A DNA stretch of 64,000 bases, taken from assembly GCF_051132615.1 (NCBI RefSeq), contig NZ_CP152375.1:1278859-1342858 (forward strand), read 5' to 3'. Position numbers and translations under genes: made by a program. Positions 60,951 to 64,000 of the stretch are shown piece by piece. Position 1 is the stretch's first letter. Every line of letters begins with the position of its first letter. This DNA is from Neisseria sp. Ec49-e6-T10. GTDB taxonomy: Bacteria; Pseudomonadota; Gammaproteobacteria; Burkholderiales; Neisseriaceae. The notes under the pieces are model-generated. The model worked only from the letters and a program-made list of their open reading frames with translations. It did no database searches and was not told the origin of the DNA.

Positions 60951-63674
60951 TTATTGATATTCATAGGTAAAATCATCGTCTTTTACATCAATAAAAATCG
61001 ACGATATTGTTTGCTCTTGGGTCGAAGCCAAAAGCAACTGATAACTGATTTTGGGTAAAATTGCATTGGTCAATATGGCATAAACCATACGTCCACCAGA
61101 CTCAATTTCGGTACAACGAGACACAATTAAAGACACAACCTGATCCGAATATTTTAATGTAATATTATGATTATCAAAGATACGATCAACAACTCGTTGT
61201 AATTGTAACCGAACAATCGCCCCCAACATTTCATCAGAAAGCGGGTAGTAGGGAATCACTTGCATTCTGCCCAATAAAGCAGCAGGAAAGACCTTAAGCA
61301 TAGGTTCACGCAAAGCATAACCCAAAGCTTCTGGTTCTGGCATCAACTCTGGATCCTGACACATATCCATAATTAACTCTGTTCCCACATTGGTGGTCAA
61401 AATAATGATGGTATTTTTAAAGTCGATATAACGACCTTCTCCATCTTCCATCCAACCTTTATCAAACACTTGGAAAAATACTTCATGTACATCTGGATGG
61501 GCTTTTTCAACCTCATCCAATAAAATCACACTATAAGGGCGTCTACGCACTGCTTCAGTTAAAACGCCACCTTCACCATAACCAACATAACCCGGAGGCG
61601 CACCTTTTAAGGTAGACACAGTATGAGCCTCTTGGTATTCACTCATATTAATGGTAATGACATTTTGCTCACCACCATATAACGATTCAGCCAAAGCCAA
61701 AGCAGTTTCTGTTTTACCTACCCCTGAAGGGCCTGCCAACATAAATACACCAATAGGTTTATTTGGGTCATCCAATGAAACACGAGAAGTTTGAATTCGA
61801 CGCACAATAGCATCCAGACCATGACGCTGCCCAATCACTCTTTGATTTAAAGTGTCGGCTAAAGTTAAAACCGCTTCAACCTCATCTTTAACCATTTTAC
61901 CCACTGGAATGCCTGTCCAATCTGCAACCACTGTTGCTACGGCATGCGCATCCACAACCGATAAAATCAATGGCTCTTTTGCTTGCAACTCTTCCAATTC
62001 TTGATTCAATACGGCAAGTTGCTCAGCTAAGGCTTCACAATCAAAATTAGGCTCATCAGTTGTCACCTGTTCCACTGCTTCTTGTTGTTCTATTTGCGCA
62101 CCAGTATCAACTGACGATAAGTTTTGTTCTTCTGATTCAACTTTATCCATCAACCGAGCACGTAATCGCAAAATTTGCTCAACCAGTTGCTTCTCTTCTT
62201 GCCAACGTTGATCCAAAAGCCCAAGCTGACTTTGTGCTTCTGCTAAGCTTTCTTCTATAGAAGCCAAACGTTCTGGTTGGCCAATATTAAGGTTTAATTC
62301 ACGCGAAACAATTTCTTTTTCAAGCGCCAACGATTCAATTTGCCGCTGCAAATACTCTATTTGGCTAGGTGTAGCATATTGACTAATCGCCACTCGTGCA
62401 CAAGCAGTATCCATTAAACTAACGGCTTTATCAGGTAATTGACGGGCAGGGATATAACGATGAGATAACCGAACAGCCGCTTCAACAGCTTCATCCAAAA
62501 TGAGAATTTTATGATGTTGCTCTAGGTTATATGCCAAACCTCTTAACATCAAAATGGCTTGGTCTTCACTGGGTTCATGTACTTGTACTACTTGAAAACG
62601 TCTGGTTAAAGCAGAATCTTTTTCAAAATATTTTTTGTACTCTGCCCAAGTTGTTGCACCTATGGTTCTTAACTGCCCTCGAGCCAACGCAGGTTTTAAT
62701 AAATTGGCTGCATCAGCCGTACCTGCTGCACCACCGGCACCAATAAGTGTATGAATTTCGTCAATAAATAAGACAACAGGCACAGGGCTAGATTGTACTT
62801 CATCAATTACTTGCCTTAATCGAGACTCAAACTCCCCAGAAACACTTGCCCCAGCTTTTAATAAGCCAATGTCCAACAAAATCAACTGCACATTTTTAAG
62901 TATAGGTGGCACATCTCCAGAAGCCAAACGTGTTGCCAATGCTTCAACCACAGCCGTTTTACCCACACCTGCCTCACCTGTTAAAATAGGGTTGTTTTGT
63001 CTACGGCGCATTAAAATATCAATAATTTGACGTATTTCTTCTGAACGTCCCGAAATAGGGTCAATTTCACCTTTTTTGGCTTTTTCAGTTAAATTCACCC
63101 CATATTTTTGTAAAGCACTTTCTCCATTTTGCATAGAATGGTTAACCAGAGAATGAACAGCTCCTTGCTCTAAACTACCTTGTTCTGCACTTTGCGATTC
63201 AACTGAATGCACAACAATAGTGGATAATTCTTGCGCCAATACATCAGGGGTAACCTTGTTAAACTCGGCAGAAATATTCAATAAAATACCTTTTAAAGGA
63301 CTTGTTTTTAGCATGGCATAAATTAAATAAGCTGAGCGAATTTTATTATCTTGAAATTTTAATGAACCATACGTCCACGCCTGCTGAACCGATGTTTCAA
63401 TATGCTCAGACAAATCTGAAACCGAACTAGCACCAGCAGGTAACAGATCTAAACCAATAATAATATCTTCTGCCAGTGCTTCCATATTGACATTAAACCG
63501 TTTCATCACCCATTCAAAATCGGTATTTTGAACATGCATCATCTGATGTAACCAATGCACTAATTCAACATAGCTGTTTCCTCTTAACTTACAAAAAGAA
63601 GTCGCATTTTGTAATGATTTATAAAGCGTTGGATTTAATTTTCCAAATAATGCTGCACGGCTAATTTCTGACAT
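60951..63674 (-). CDS. tssH: type VI secretion ATPase ClpV/TssH
   Basis: 907 aa ClpB-family protein with two Walker A sites (GEAGVGKTAVVEALA, GPSGVGKTETALALAE) and a ClpV-type N-domain; no long ClpB M-domain. Confidence 0.9.
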   Translation of the reverse strand: MSEISRAALFGKLNPTLYKSLQNATSFCKLRGNSYVELVHWLHQMMHVQNTDFEWVMKRFNVNMEALAEDIIIGLDLLPAGASSVSDLSEHIETSVQQAWTYGSLKFQDNKIRSAYLIYAMLKTSPLKGILLNISAEFNKVTPDVLAQELSTIVVHSVESQSAEQGSLEQGAVHSLVNHSMQNGESALQKYGVNLTEKAKKGEIDPISGRSEEIRQIIDILMRRRQNNPILTGEAGVGKTAVVEALATRLASGDVPPILKNVQLILLDIGLLKAGASVSGEFESRLRQVIDEVQSSPVPVVLFIDEIHTLIGAGGAAGTADAANLLKPALARGQLRTIGATTWAEYKKYFEKDSALTRRFQVVQVHEPSEDQAILMLRGLAYNLEQHHKILILDEAVEAAVRLSHRYIPARQLPDKAVSLMDTACARVAISQYATPSQIEYLQRQIESLALEKEIVSRELNLNIGQPERLASIEESLAEAQSQLGLLDQRWQEEKQLVEQILRLRARLMDKVESEEQNLSSVDTGAQIEQQEAVEQVTTDEPNFDCEALAEQLAVLNQELEELQAKEPLILSVVDAHAVATVVADWTGIPVGKMVKDEVEAVLTLADTLNQRVIGQRHGLDAIVRRIQTSRVSLDDPNKPIGVFMLAGPSGVGKTETALALAESLYGGEQNVITINMSEYQEAHTVSTLKGAPPGYVGYGEGGVLTEAVRRRPYSVILLDEVEKAHPDVHEVFFQVFDKGWMEDGEGRYIDFKNTIIILTTNVGTELIMDMCQDPELMPEPEALGYALREPMLKVFPAALLGRMQVIPYYPLSDEMLGAIVRLQLQRVVDRIFDNHNITLKYSDQVVSLIVSRCTEIESGGRMVYAILTNAILPKISYQLLLASTQEQTISSIFIDVKDDDFTYEYQ

Positions 63675-63691
63675 AATATCTACCCAAATAT

Positions 63692-64000
63692 TTATTTATA
63701 TGTTGCGGTTAAATCAAGTATCAAAGCGTTTCCATCTTGGTCAAGTTTTCCTAACCAAGTAGCCAAACCTAAAGGTAACGACTGACCTAACGTTAATTGA
63801 GGTACTTCTTTTTGAGACAAAATTAACTGAACGTCCCAATCAAACTCTAAATTTGTATATAAGTTCACCCAGTCAATTAAACGCTGAGCATTGAAACCAC
63901 CACGAAAAAAAGAAACATATTCTGACCAGCTTAACGGGCCAATAATTAATCTAAATTTATTCTGTAAATCAAAAGCCCGACGACCCAACATGGGAGAATC
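63692..64000 (-). CDS. tssG: 3' end of a T6SS baseplate gene, probably tssG (continues beyond window)
   Basis: C-terminal 99+ aa …LGRRAFDLQNKFRLIIGPLSWSEYVSFFRGG… resembles the TssG C-terminus; 17 nt upstream of tssH. Confidence 0.45.
   Translation of the reverse strand, partial: DSPMLGRRAFDLQNKFRLIIGPLSWSEYVSFFRGGFNAQRLIDWVNLYTNLEFDWDVQLILSQKEVPQLTLGQSLPLGLATWLGKLDQDGNALILDLTATYK

Overview
This is a 64-kb chromosomal window from an AT-rich gammaproteobacterium. The encoded proteins are closest to enterobacterial-type orthologues, but the taxon cannot be assigned from the sequence alone. The core backbone includes dinB (partial), glmUS, alaA, yjcH-actP, pyrBI with a leader/attenuator, cysK, the rpmH-rnpA-yidD-yidC and dnaA-dnaN-gyrB origin-proximal cluster (no recF between dnaN and gyrB), dtd, elbB, rimI-tsaB, gluQ, serC, grxC-secB, argA, yggX, ffs (4.5S RNA), cysE-rng-maf and an autotransporter. 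Four accessory segments stand out. (1) Directly downstream of gyrB is a polymorphic-toxin-like gene (718 aa, nuclease-like C-terminus, in-frame upstream stop) with an adjacent small immunity-like gene. (2) A divergent rtcR / sigma-54-promoter / tRNA-shaped RNA / SPFH-domain protein / rtcB module lacks rtcA and rsr; its leader encodes a perfect 76-nt cloverleaf with anticodon AUU and an AU-only acceptor stem. (3) A type VI secretion fragment (tssG 3' end, tssH/clpV) is followed by a PAAR-like Rhs effector with cognate immunity and an array of orphan Rhs C-terminal fragments/immunity genes showing near-identical recombination blocks. (4) An AraC-family regulator is interrupted by an in-frame TGA. 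I found no CRISPR array, no IS element and no canonical tRNA gene.
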